Assembly (NCBI GenBank): GCA_041242255.1
Contig: JBESAV010000001.1
Span: 800,001 to 864,000, forward strand
Direction of reading: 5' to 3'
DNA: 64,000 nt
Source: Candidatus Altimarinota bacterium
GTDB lineage: Bacteria > Patescibacteriota > Gracilibacteria > UBA1369 > GCA-2718715
The position numbers were made by a program, and so were the translations under genes. This document shows positions 50,717 to 60,535 of the stretch, piece by piece (position 1 is the stretch's first letter; each line of letters starts with the position of its first letter). The notes beneath the pieces are model-generated. The model had not been told where the DNA came from and ran no database searches. It was given only the letters and a program-made list of their open reading frames with translations.

Positions 50717-51361
50717 ATGAAAGCCAAATCTAAAAAAGCCTTCACCTTAATAGAACTAGTTATCTCCCTAGGTATTTTTATGATTTTTTCTTCCGCAGTT
50801 ATCTCAAGCTTTCTTGCACTTACCCAGTCAACTACTAAAGCAAATCTAAACAGAGAACAAGTATCCGAAGCCAATCAAGTTTTTGAGTACATCGAAGCCA
50901 TCGCCAAAGAAAACTCCATAGATTACAGCTACCTATCAACTACTCAACAAACACCGACCACCCAAAACTACGCTTTCATATCAGCAGACAAACTCACAAG
51001 AAATCTCATCCGATCAGTCTGCCCTACATCTTCCTCAACCCAAGAAGAATTTTGCCAAATCAGCTCAAACCGGAGCACCAGAAATAATATCAGCCAAGAA
51101 TTCATAACCGACAAATCCCTTTGGACACCATTACATTCTTCCAACCTTAGAGTAATAAGGTTCAACATCACTAACTTCCCAACCGAATCCCCTTTCACAA
51201 CCGACGAACCAATCGAAAGACAAAACCAATTCCAACCAATCACCCACATCACCCTAAATCTGGCCCGCAACAATCAATCAACATTCCAAGAATCCCTACA
51301 AGCCACAAATCCAATCATCCTCCAAACTTCAATCAGCAGTAGATCCTATAACAGCCAATAA
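50717..51361 (+). CDS. Type IV minor pilin (PilW-like)
   Basis: KKA-FTLIELVISL; C-terminal LQTSISSR; TGCTATAAT at 50678-50686. Confidence 0.82.
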   Translation: MKAKSKKAFTLIELVISLGIFMIFSSAVISSFLALTQSTTKANLNREQVSEANQVFEYIEAIAKENSIDYSYLSTTQQTPTTQNYAFISADKLTRNLIRSVCPTSSSTQEEFCQISSNRSTRNNISQEFITDKSLWTPLHSSNLRVIRFNITNFPTESPFTTDEPIERQNQFQPITHITLNLARNNQSTFQESLQATNPIILQTSISSRSYNSQ

Positions 51362-52488
51362 TGAATATTAAAAAACACAAATCAGGAAGCGCCATCGTTA
51401 TAGCCCTACTCTTAACAGGAACACTTATCCTTATAGGTGTATCTCTCGCTACAGTCATCAACAACGAAACCAGACAAATAGCTGAAATTATTCGTAATGG
51501 ACAAGCTCAATACCTAAGTGAAGCTGGAACTGAAGTTGGACTCCTATACCTACACCAAACCCCTCGCGGAACCCAACCTCGAAACAACTCCCTCCAAGAA
51601 ACTTTCTCTTTAAATCAACGACAAAACACCACCAACCTAGCCTTCAACAACCAGATCAACTTAACAAACAACCAAACCCAAGAGTTTAGCTTTGAAATAA
51701 ACACCAGATCAAACTTCCTACCAATTGTCGAAGAATTTACCTTAAACGAAGCTCTTCAAAACAGTTCAAACCCTGACATAAGAAAAAATTTATTTGAGGC
51801 TCTCCCCCTCAACCAAAGCGTAACCATTCCGCTTACAGATACAAAAAATTTCGAACTACAATATTACTTTGCACTAGACAGCGGCGTGAATCGTAGAGAT
51901 TGGGACATCCTACTCTGGAAACTATTCGGAACAAATGCTCAAGGTGAAATAGAAAACTTAAGTGAATATTTCCCAGCCACAGGAAGTACCGCCCAAGGAA
52001 ACAAAAATATAAATAACATAACAATTGGCTCATCTTCTACTGCACCAGCAAGTTTTGGAACACTACAAGCACAAGAAGGATTCAACTGTGGAACATTTTT
52101 CCCAGCTCAATCTCAAACAGAACTAAGAACAAACACAAACCAAACAACCTCTTTCGAACCATGCACAACCTCTATTGAAGAATTCCTAAACAACCACACC
52201 AACAACTACCTAGTCCTAACAAACGGAGTAAACACCTCACTATTTGGTGAAAATGAAAATCTATTTGATATCGCCAACATTTACTGGCGCGCCTGCACTC
52301 CAAACTGCAGCGACACCCTACTAGAAACCAACTACCAAGAACAAAAAAATCAATTTCTAGTTCCACAATTCACCAAAGTAACCAGCCTTGGAACTTTCAA
52401 CAATAACCAAAAATACCTTTTCACCTCAGTTAATCCAGAAGGATTCCTACCAGTATTCGACTTCAGTATTTACAGAACCAAGAACTAA
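51361..52488 (+). CDS. PilX-like minor pilin
   Basis: KSG-SAIVIALL (no E5), AQYLSEAGTE. Confidence 0.75.
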   Translation: MNIKKHKSGSAIVIALLLTGTLILIGVSLATVINNETRQIAEIIRNGQAQYLSEAGTEVGLLYLHQTPRGTQPRNNSLQETFSLNQRQNTTNLAFNNQINLTNNQTQEFSFEINTRSNFLPIVEEFTLNEALQNSSNPDIRKNLFEALPLNQSVTIPLTDTKNFELQYYFALDSGVNRRDWDILLWKLFGTNAQGEIENLSEYFPATGSTAQGNKNINNITIGSSSTAPASFGTLQAQEGFNCGTFFPAQSQTELRTNTNQTTSFEPCTTSIEEFLNNHTNNYLVLTNGVNTSLFGENENLFDIANIYWRACTPNCSDTLLETNYQEQKNQFLVPQFTKVTSLGTFNNNQKYLFTSVNPEGFLPVFDFSIYRTKN

Positions 52489-52581
52489 ACAAGCCACAAA
52501 CACCGCTTAGGTCAAACCAGTATACCCTTCCCTCACCTCAAGTTTACCTATAAAATACAGCCAACAAATCTAAACGATATT

Positions 52582-54870
52582 ATGGCCCGAAGAAAAACTC
52601 GCAGGCGAACTTCTACTCGACGCAGAAAAAAGAAATCATTCTTAGAAAAACTATTATTTGGTTCTAACCAAAAATCAAAAAGATCCAAAAACAAAAAAAA
52701 GTGGAAAATTGAAGTTGAAGAACACGTAGCACAAGAAATAGCCGGAATAATTATTTCCTTATTAGCAATAGTTACTGGGCTAAGCTTGTTTGAAAAGTTC
52801 GGACCAATCGGTAACGCCATCAACCTTTTTATCCGACCAATCTTTGGTCATGGGGTTTACCTTCTACCAATAGTCCTAGCAATTATTGGGGTAAAACTCA
52901 TCTTCAACCGCAAGTTCAAATTCACCCAAACAACCATTATAGGTTTAGTAATGCTTTTCATAAGCATTCTTAGCATTCTCCACCTATCTATCGATGTAGA
53001 TCAAATCCTAAACATAGCCAAAGAAGGAGAAACTGGTGGTTATATAGGATTCGTAACCAATTACTTCTTCCGAGACCTATTAAACATACCTAAATTAGGA
53101 ACCAGCATTATTTTCGTAGGTTTCCTACTTATCTCTATATCCCTATCACTACACATGTCTATTAGAGATATTCTTTCTAAATTGTTCATCATCGAGTTCG
53201 AAACAAAATCTACCAAAAAAGAAACTAAAAAATCAAAACCAATCAGCATTCCTTCCATCGCAACTTCTTCTCATGAACCAGAACCTGAAGGAACTATAAA
53301 CATAATCAAGCCAGAACTTGAACCAAACATTAATGACCACAAAAAAGAATTCAAAAAACTAGACAAATCTCAACCAAACAAACTTTTCAAAGAAGATTTC
53401 GATAGCAATCCAGATGAACCAGAAGACCAAAAATCATCCACTCTTCAAGCAGAAATGGAACAGTGGGAATACCCAAACATTGACCTTCTGGAAAATAAAG
53501 CTGGAAAAGTAATGATAAAAGATCAAGAGCTAAGATCCTCAGCTAAAAACATCGAAAACAAACTCGAACAATTCGGTATATCAGTCAAAATGAACGACGT
53601 CCACGTCGGACCAGCCGTTATTCAATACACCCTTAAACCAGATGAAGGTGTTAAGCTTTCTAAAATAACCTCTCTCAAAAACGACCTAGCACTAGCTTTA
53701 GCCGCAAAATCAATCCGTATCGAAGCCCCAATTCCAGGTAAATCACTGGTAGGTATTGAGGTTCCATCCGAGAAAAGAATTTTAGTTAGATTAAAGGAAT
53801 TAATCACTTCTCCAGAATATCAAGAAATGGTGAAAGACACTAAACTAGCCCTTCCTCTCGGAAGAGATGTAAGTGGTAAACCAATCGTTGCAGATCTTGT
53901 AGACATGCCCCACTTACTTATCGCCGGTGCAACCAATTCAGGTAAATCTGTTTGTACAAACATTTTCTTAAATGCCCTACTTTTCCAAAACTCACCAGCA
54001 GAGCTAAAACTAATCCTAGTAGATCCTAAACAGGTAGAGCTTAGAGACTACAACGACATTCCCCACTTACTCACACCAGTTATTACAGACCCTGACAAAG
54101 CAGCCAATGCATTGAAATGGGCTGTTTCAGAGATGAACCGCCGTTACGGAACTCTTTCTGAAGCAGGATGCAGAAACATAGACGAATACAATGCTGACGA
54201 TACCCGCGAACGGAAAATGCCAAAAATAGTTATCCTCATAGACGAGTTAGCCGATCTTATGATGAGTAATGGAAAAGAGATAGAGGCACACATCTGTCGT
54301 CTAGCTCAAATGGCTCGTGCCGTTGGAATGCACTTAATCATAGCCACTCAAAGACCATCTGTAGACATCATTACCGGTCTCATTAAAGCCAATATCCCAT
54401 CTAGAATCGCCTTCTCAGTTAGTTCATCTGTAGACTCAAGAACTATCTTGGACGCAACAGGTGCAGAAGACTTACTTGGTAAAGGTGACATGCTATATCT
54501 CCAAAAAGATTACGCTAAACCAAGACGTATCCAAGGTGCTTATATTGCCCCACTAGAGATCAAAAAAGTAACCAACTTCCTCAAGCTTGGATTGGAACCA
54601 GACTACAAAGAAGAAGTTGTAGACAGAGCAGCAGCTAAAGGAATCTCTCCTGATGACCCAGCAACTGCGGGTCTAGAAGAAGACGAACTTTATGGTGATG
54701 CCTTTAAAGTTGTAATGAAAAATAGAAAAGCCTCAGCCTCCCTACTCCAAAGAAGACTTAAGGTAGGTTATGCACGTGCAGCAAGAATACTAGACCTCCT
54801 AGAAGAAAACGGTGTTATTGGTCCAGTTAATGGTTCTAAACCAAGAGAAGTATACTTATCAAAAGACTAA
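52582..54870 (+). CDS. ftsK: DNA translocase FtsK/SpoIIIE
   Basis: 4TM N-domain, IRIEAPIPGK, AGATNSGKS, IDELADLM, ATQRPS, gamma domain SLLQRRLKVGYARAAR. Confidence 0.96.
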   Translation: MARRKTRRRTSTRRRKKKSFLEKLLFGSNQKSKRSKNKKKWKIEVEEHVAQEIAGIIISLLAIVTGLSLFEKFGPIGNAINLFIRPIFGHGVYLLPIVLAIIGVKLIFNRKFKFTQTTIIGLVMLFISILSILHLSIDVDQILNIAKEGETGGYIGFVTNYFFRDLLNIPKLGTSIIFVGFLLISISLSLHMSIRDILSKLFIIEFETKSTKKETKKSKPISIPSIATSSHEPEPEGTINIIKPELEPNINDHKKEFKKLDKSQPNKLFKEDFDSNPDEPEDQKSSTLQAEMEQWEYPNIDLLENKAGKVMIKDQELRSSAKNIENKLEQFGISVKMNDVHVGPAVIQYTLKPDEGVKLSKITSLKNDLALALAAKSIRIEAPIPGKSLVGIEVPSEKRILVRLKELITSPEYQEMVKDTKLALPLGRDVSGKPIVADLVDMPHLLIAGATNSGKSVCTNIFLNALLFQNSPAELKLILVDPKQVELRDYNDIPHLLTPVITDPDKAANALKWAVSEMNRRYGTLSEAGCRNIDEYNADDTRERKMPKIVILIDELADLMMSNGKEIEAHICRLAQMARAVGMHLIIATQRPSVDIITGLIKANIPSRIAFSVSSSVDSRTILDATGAEDLLGKGDMLYLQKDYAKPRRIQGAYIAPLEIKKVTNFLKLGLEPDYKEEVVDRAAAKGISPDDPATAGLEEDELYGDAFKVVMKNRKASASLLQRRLKVGYARAARILDLLEENGVIGPVNGSKPREVYLSKD

Positions 54871-54904
54871 TTTTCTGCTATAATTATTGGATAACAAAAC
54901 ACCA

Positions 54905-55594
54905 ATGACAAAATTCAAAAAAAAACTATTAACAGCAGTTTTTTTACTACTTGCCATTCCATTCTTACAAACTAATGCTTCTAATGGCGTAGATACAGGA
55001 ATATGTGACACAGTAAAACAAGAAGCAATAAGACTCTGCAATGCTTGTGCCTCAAGTGGAAGACAAATAAAACAAGAGGTAAACCCAATGCTTTCGAGTT
55101 ATTTCAGTCAAGAAAGCTATACCTGCAACAATATATCTCCGCTATCCTCAACTCAATCAGGACAAAGCTTTTTCTTTGATCAAATCAATTGTAAAAACAT
55201 CAGACAAACTCAATGTACATCTTCATCAAGCAATTCACCTGAAACACCAAACCTAACACCATCCGACTCCGAATTCTTCAATGTCAGCGACCCAAATCTA
55301 GGACTAACCGCCCCTGAACAAGGAACAAGATTCCAAGATGCAGTAGAAGCAGATGGACCAATCCTTGGACCTATCTTGCTTATTATCAACTTCCTTACAG
55401 CTATTATTTCAACACTAGCTATCTTAGCGCTTGTAGTTGGATCATTCTTCATGATAACAGCTAGAGGAGAAGAATCCCAAATCACTCGAGGAAAAGACAT
55501 AGTCAAAAATTCAATTATAGCCCTAGTGATAGTCCTTACTTCTTACACATTGATCAAAATTGTCCAAGCCACAGTCATCCTAATTATCTCATAA
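54905..55594 (+). CDS. VirB2/TrbC-like (T4SS_pilin) protein with Cys-rich N-domain
   Basis: Signal peptide; C-terminal TM-GSFFMITARGEESQITRGKDIV-TM; TGCTATAAT at 54876-54884. Confidence 0.75.
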   Translation: MTKFKKKLLTAVFLLLAIPFLQTNASNGVDTGICDTVKQEAIRLCNACASSGRQIKQEVNPMLSSYFSQESYTCNNISPLSSTQSGQSFFFDQINCKNIRQTQCTSSSSNSPETPNLTPSDSEFFNVSDPNLGLTAPEQGTRFQDAVEADGPILGPILLIINFLTAIISTLAILALVVGSFFMITARGEESQITRGKDIVKNSIIALVIVLTSYTLIKIVQATVILIIS

Positions 55595-56733
55595 TGAAAA
55601 AATTCCTCCTCCTTACAGCACTTTCAACCATCCTAATTCCTCAAACGGTTTTTGCACAAAATCAAAGTACAATTGAAACCTGCCAACTCCCTGGTGGACC
55701 AACTGTCACTATATCAATCCCCCCAAATCAAACCATCGATGATGTTTCTACAATTCAGTACGGAACCTGTCTCGCCTTACAAGGAAACCCAACCCAACTA
55801 AACAAAGCTAACTGCTCAACTGAAATTCGAAAAACCAAAGAATTCGAAAACCTTGATGAAAATGAAAAACAACCAGCCATAACTAAATGTGAAAGACAAG
55901 TCGAAGACTTACAAAGATCATTCAGCAAAGAAAATAACTCGGCATACACAGATAGTTTAAAAACACAAATAAAGTCAGATGATTGCGTCACAAATGATCC
56001 AGAAGTCAAAAACCTTGGTGTAGATTGCACCACTAACCCCAACACTGCCTCAGAAGGTTTAACCACACTCCAAAACGTATTCAACAACAACTTTGTATAC
56101 CAACTCATAGAACCAATCACTAATGAAAACCTAGTAATCCAAAAAAGAACCTGCTCTTACGAATTTCTAAGAAACCGAGACGGACTCCTCCAAGTTGCCA
56201 ATCCAGATAATAATTCAGTAGACCAGACTAGAAACAATAATTTCTACCAAAACAACTCCTTTATAATCACAGAAAAAAAGTGCTACGTAACCTTTGTAGG
56301 ACCAGGACAATGCCAACCAAACCTTATCCTAGATGCAAGAATCACCTTCGACGAAGATCTTCCAGTAAGCACATACTGTAAGACTTACCAGGTTATTTCT
56401 GGTTCATCAGGTACAGGATTCATCAAAGGGTTTGTAAACATTATCTATCGACTTGCAGTTGGTATAGTTGGAGTAATAGCAGTAATTGTAATAGTAGTGA
56501 ACGGTATACGTATCTCAACTGCCGGAGACGACTCTGGAGTAGTTTCTGATGCCAAAGAACGAATAGCTCAAAGTATATTTGGACTAGCAATTTTATTCTT
56601 AGCATGGATTATCTTAAGAAGTGTAAACCCTAACTTCTTCACAACCGACAATTTAGATATAAATGACCCAAGGGCACCTCAAAACACAATTGAGGAAGCA
56701 CAACCAGCATCTAACGAAACAACCAATGAATAA
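55594..56733 (+). CDS. VirB2/TrbC-like pilin with large Cys-rich N-domain
   Basis: Signal peptide; TM-GIRISTAGDDSGVVSDAKERI-TM-VNP. Confidence 0.75.
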   Translation: MKKFLLLTALSTILIPQTVFAQNQSTIETCQLPGGPTVTISIPPNQTIDDVSTIQYGTCLALQGNPTQLNKANCSTEIRKTKEFENLDENEKQPAITKCERQVEDLQRSFSKENNSAYTDSLKTQIKSDDCVTNDPEVKNLGVDCTTNPNTASEGLTTLQNVFNNNFVYQLIEPITNENLVIQKRTCSYEFLRNRDGLLQVANPDNNSVDQTRNNNFYQNNSFIITEKKCYVTFVGPGQCQPNLILDARITFDEDLPVSTYCKTYQVISGSSGTGFIKGFVNIIYRLAVGIVGVIAVIVIVVNGIRISTAGDDSGVVSDAKERIAQSIFGLAILFLAWIILRSVNPNFFTTDNLDINDPRAPQNTIEEAQPASNETTNE

Positions 56734-57184
56734 AACTATCGCAAAATTTTTTATCACGCTTAGCATATTTGGATTTTTGAGTGCAGCAAGCCAAACAGAT
56801 ATCTCATCAAACGACTCACACCTAATCCCAACAACTCAAGCCCAATCCTCTGAAAGCACCACTACTCTTCCCCCACTTCCAAAACCAGACTTTCTTCCAG
56901 GACCAACTGACCCAAACAATCAAAACAACCCAGAAGATATACAAACCTACTTTCAAGATAGATTGCTGCCAATGGCAGCCCAAAGACTTGTTACTATCAT
57001 CGCTTTACTAGCTATAATTAGTTTAATCTTTGCAGGGTTCAAATACTACACAGCATTTGGGGACGAAGGCAAAGCTGGAGACGCCAAAAAAATCGCACAA
57101 TATGCTATCGTAGGTTTAGTTTTATCACTTATGAGTTTAGCAATAGTTAGCATCATTGCCGGATTAGCTCAATTCTTTCAATAA
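56726..57184 (+). CDS. VirB2/TrbC-like pilin
   Basis: TM-AGFKYYTAFGDEGKAGDAKK-TM; start placed at MNKTIAK. Confidence 0.78.
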   Translation: MNKTIAKFFITLSIFGFLSAASQTDISSNDSHLIPTTQAQSSESTTTLPPLPKPDFLPGPTDPNNQNNPEDIQTYFQDRLLPMAAQRLVTIIALLAIISLIFAGFKYYTAFGDEGKAGDAKKIAQYAIVGLVLSLMSLAIVSIIAGLAQFFQ

Positions 57185-57188
57185 AAAT

Positions 57189-57635
57189 ATGTTCAAAAAA
57201 CTTCTAACAATTTCAGTCTTAACTTACTTTACACTTTTGCCATTCACTGCAAAAGCTCAAGATCCAGCCCAACCACCTCAAGACAATCAAGTAAACGAAA
57301 ACGACCAACTTGAAGACAATTTCTCTCAAGCTCTTGATGATTTATTTCCTACTGAAACTGAACTCTTTGGAGAAGAACAAGGAAACTTCGCCCAAGGCGA
57401 CCTAGAACAAGACATAGTTCCAAGACTACTTAGACTTCTTGTTATCATTTCAGGAACTTTCATCACTCTGATTTTCACCTACATGGGATTTAGACTAGTT
57501 CTTGCACGAGACGATGACGCTGAACTAACTAATCTTAAAAACACATTCACTCAAGTGGTTATAGGAACTGTACTTATACTCAGCGCTTTTGCCCTTGTAG
57601 TTGGAATTGTCCAATACTTTGATTCCTTACGATAA
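57189..57635 (+). CDS. VirB2/TrbC-like pilin
   Basis: Signal peptide AKA-Q; TM-MGFRLVLARDDDAELTNLKN-TM. Confidence 0.72.
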   Translation: MFKKLLTISVLTYFTLLPFTAKAQDPAQPPQDNQVNENDQLEDNFSQALDDLFPTETELFGEEQGNFAQGDLEQDIVPRLLRLLVIISGTFITLIFTYMGFRLVLARDDDAELTNLKNTFTQVVIGTVLILSAFALVVGIVQYFDSLR

Positions 57636-57637
57636 AT

Positions 57638-58036
57638 ATGAATAAATTAAAATTTTTCTTATACACACTTGCAACCACAGCATCATTAGGAATTTTCAAT
57701 AAAACCTATGCTCAAATAGGACTCGACCCAGATCTAAAACCTGACACTCTACCTACCACAGGAGCTTTCCAAAACGGACAAACAGCCGAAAGCTTTGTCA
57801 TCAGAGTAGTCGGAAACATTATAGATTTCATCATGGCAATCAGTGGTGGACTAGCAGTATTCTTCATTGTCTATGCTGGATTCCAATATGTATCAGCTCG
57901 TGGTCAAGACGACCAGCTTTCCACTGCAAAAAACAACCTCCAATGGATCATCGGAGGCTTAATACTAATGTTCTTCTCAATGGTTTTAGTAAGGTTTGTA
58001 GTGACAGTTATTTTAGGACTAGAAGAAGTAAACTAA
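57638..58036 (+). CDS. VirB2/TrbC-like pilin
   Basis: Signal peptide TYA-Q; TM-AGFQYVSARGQDDQLSTAKN-TM. Confidence 0.78.
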   Translation: MNKLKFFLYTLATTASLGIFNKTYAQIGLDPDLKPDTLPTTGAFQNGQTAESFVIRVVGNIIDFIMAISGGLAVFFIVYAGFQYVSARGQDDQLSTAKNNLQWIIGGLILMFFSMVLVRFVVTVILGLEEVN

Positions 58037-58419
58037 GACTCCTTAGAGCTACTCACTGAAGCAATAATCTCACTTATACTCTCCCCAACCTCCGAAACAG
58101 CTATCTCAACCGTTGGAAATTCCAAATCACGAGTTGCTATTTTAAGTGTATAAGGATCCATAAATTCAGACTCAAAATCTATCTCTACTCCTGGAAAATA
58201 TTGCTCTAACAAATCAATCAACTCATCTGGCTCACACACAAAAACTTCTTTAAAACTCTCCCTCACAACCACTCTCCTTTCATCATTGGAATCATCCAAA
58301 CTCAAAGTGTAACCAAGCGAATCTCCATATTCATTCTCGTAACGAAAACTCACAAAACCTTGCTTCAACCTGTCCATAATCAACTCAATCTCAGTTTTTT
58401 CTCTTATAATCTCATTCAT
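58033..58419 (-). CDS. Hypothetical protein
   Basis: 128-aa ORF directly downstream of metG. Confidence 0.6.
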   Translation of the reverse strand: MNEIIREKTEIELIMDRLKQGFVSFRYENEYGDSLGYTLSLDDSNDERRVVVRESFKEVFVCEPDELIDLLEQYFPGVEIDFESEFMDPYTLKIATRDLEFPTVEIAVSEVGESISEIIASVSSSKES

Positions 58420-58436
58420 GATAATTGGTTAAATTA

Positions 58437-59975
58437 TTATTTTTCCCATTCACGCCTTGCAAACAACGGATCAATTTTTTCTGCAACTTTAATATTTCCA
58501 CTCAAACCTTTTTCAACATTCAAAAACTTCTCATCGAGATTCAAAGCCTGCAGAGCTTGCAAAGATTTACTAGGAATAACCGGATACAAAAGCCTAGCTC
58601 CCAAAGCTATACCATAAACTAGATTAACCATAACTTCTGCCAACTCTTCATCTTTACCTTCTTTTTTTAAAGTCCAAGGTTGCTTTTCTTCAATGAACTG
58701 ATTTAAGCCTGTTAGAAACTTCAATACAGCCTCAACAGATTTCTTCATTTCAAAATTCATCATTCCATCTACATATTTCTCATAAGTATCAACATACTCA
58801 CCTTGAAAAACAAAAGCATCTCCATCTTTTATCAATCCCATATCAACCTCTCCATCAAGGTATTTATTAACCATTGAAACAGTCCTGCTCAAAAGATTAC
58901 CAAAGTTATTTTGTAAATCAGACTCATACACAACCCTAAATCTCTCGTAATTAAAATCACCATCATCACCTGTCGGAATTTCTCTTACCAAGAAAAACCT
59001 AACCACATCAGATCCAAATTCATCCAATAACTCCATAGGATCAATCACATTCCCCAAACTCTTACTCATCTTATGACCATTCGAAGTAATAAAACCATGA
59101 ACACAAATCTCCAATGGCAAAGGTAATTCAGCACTCAAAAGCATCCCAATCCAAATCCCAGCATGAAACCTCAAAATATCTTTACCAATAACATGCTTAT
59201 CAACAGGCCAAAACTTATCCATCAGATCATCATCATTACCAAAACCAAGCCCTGTGATGTAATTAGTCAAAGCATCACACCAAACATACATCACATGCTC
59301 TTCATCACCTGGTATAGGTACACCCCAATCCATTTTATCAACCTGCCTAGAAAAGCTAACATCTCTCAACCCTTCATCAATCATAGACAATATCTCTCTT
59401 TTCCTAGACTCAGGCCTAACCCTAACCGTATCTGACTCAATCAAATCTCTAATCTGATCCGAATACTTAGAAAGCTTAAAAAAGTAATTCTCCTCTTCAA
59501 TCTCAGTCACTTCCTTTAAATGAATAGGACAAATCTTTCCATCATTCAAATCCTTTTCAAGGTAAAAATCCTCACAACCAACACAGTACAAACCAGTATA
59601 TTTTGCCATATATATATCACCTTTTTCCGAAAGCTTCTTCCACATCTCTTGCGCCCCTTTCTTATGATAATCATCAGTAGTACGAATAAACTTATCAGAC
59701 TCAATCAAAGCAGCTTCATTTAAATCCTTAAAGTACTCAACATTTTTATCTACAAACTTCTGGGTGTCCTCAAAACCTTGCTCTACTCCCTTCTCTTTGA
59801 TCTTTTGGCCATGCTCATCTGTCCCAGTAAGAAAGAAAGATGGATTACCAAGGAGATCTTTGTTGTATCGATACAAAACATCAGCCAACACATTCTCAAA
59901 AGCATGACCAATATGAGGTTTTGCATTCGCATAGTGGATTGCTGTAGTTACGTAAAAATTCTTTAAATTATTCAT
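58437..59975 (-). CDS. metG: Methionyl-tRNA synthetase (short form)
   Basis: YANAKPHIGH, GTDEHG, YVWCDAL, GKDILRFH, KMSKS. Confidence 0.96.
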   Translation of the reverse strand: MNNLKNFYVTTAIHYANAKPHIGHAFENVLADVLYRYNKDLLGNPSFFLTGTDEHGQKIKEKGVEQGFEDTQKFVDKNVEYFKDLNEAALIESDKFIRTTDDYHKKGAQEMWKKLSEKGDIYMAKYTGLYCVGCEDFYLEKDLNDGKICPIHLKEVTEIEEENYFFKLSKYSDQIRDLIESDTVRVRPESRKREILSMIDEGLRDVSFSRQVDKMDWGVPIPGDEEHVMYVWCDALTNYITGLGFGNDDDLMDKFWPVDKHVIGKDILRFHAGIWIGMLLSAELPLPLEICVHGFITSNGHKMSKSLGNVIDPMELLDEFGSDVVRFFLVREIPTGDDGDFNYERFRVVYESDLQNNFGNLLSRTVSMVNKYLDGEVDMGLIKDGDAFVFQGEYVDTYEKYVDGMMNFEMKKSVEAVLKFLTGLNQFIEEKQPWTLKKEGKDEELAEVMVNLVYGIALGARLLYPVIPSKSLQALQALNLDEKFLNVEKGLSGNIKVAEKIDPLFARREWEK

Positions 59976-60061
59976 TCTTCTTATTTAGATCACATTCATC
60001 ATAAACAAATTTTACAAACTCACAAGATTGTTATAAACTTGACATATTATAAAACGATATT

Positions 60062-60535
60062 ATGAAAAACATAATCCTTTGTAGAGAAAAAACTCTACAT
60101 CAACTACCGGAGATAGAAAACACTGTAACAGTAAAAGACCCTGCCCAATTTTTCAGACAATCACACTTAGGTGAGCTAGAATTAGATGCAACATCCAAGG
60201 TTATAATCGAACCTCCACATACCATATACAAAAAAGTAACCTGGGATCTTATGGTTAACCTACTACACCGAAGACATGAGATCCCAGCCTACCAATTCCT
60301 AATTCTAGTTTCAGAGTTAACCCACAGCAAAAAGAAATATCAAACTGAAATTCATGATCCACTAGGATATTTAGACGTCATGCACAATGCACGTAATATG
60401 CTTGTTCATTATTTCTTCTATGAGGATTTAGAAAGCCTACTCACAGTAACAATAGACTTCCTAGAAACAGAATCACCACAAACCTTTTTAACTGGTGATA
60501 ACCAATACGAAATAGAAGAGTCCATCATCTCCTAA
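60062..60535 (+). CDS. Hypothetical protein
   Basis: 157-aa ORF; 3' end overlaps the convergent gene by 48 bp. Confidence 0.55.
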   Translation: MKNIILCREKTLHQLPEIENTVTVKDPAQFFRQSHLGELELDATSKVIIEPPHTIYKKVTWDLMVNLLHRRHEIPAYQFLILVSELTHSKKKYQTEIHDPLGYLDVMHNARNMLVHYFFYEDLESLLTVTIDFLETESPQTFLTGDNQYEIEESIIS

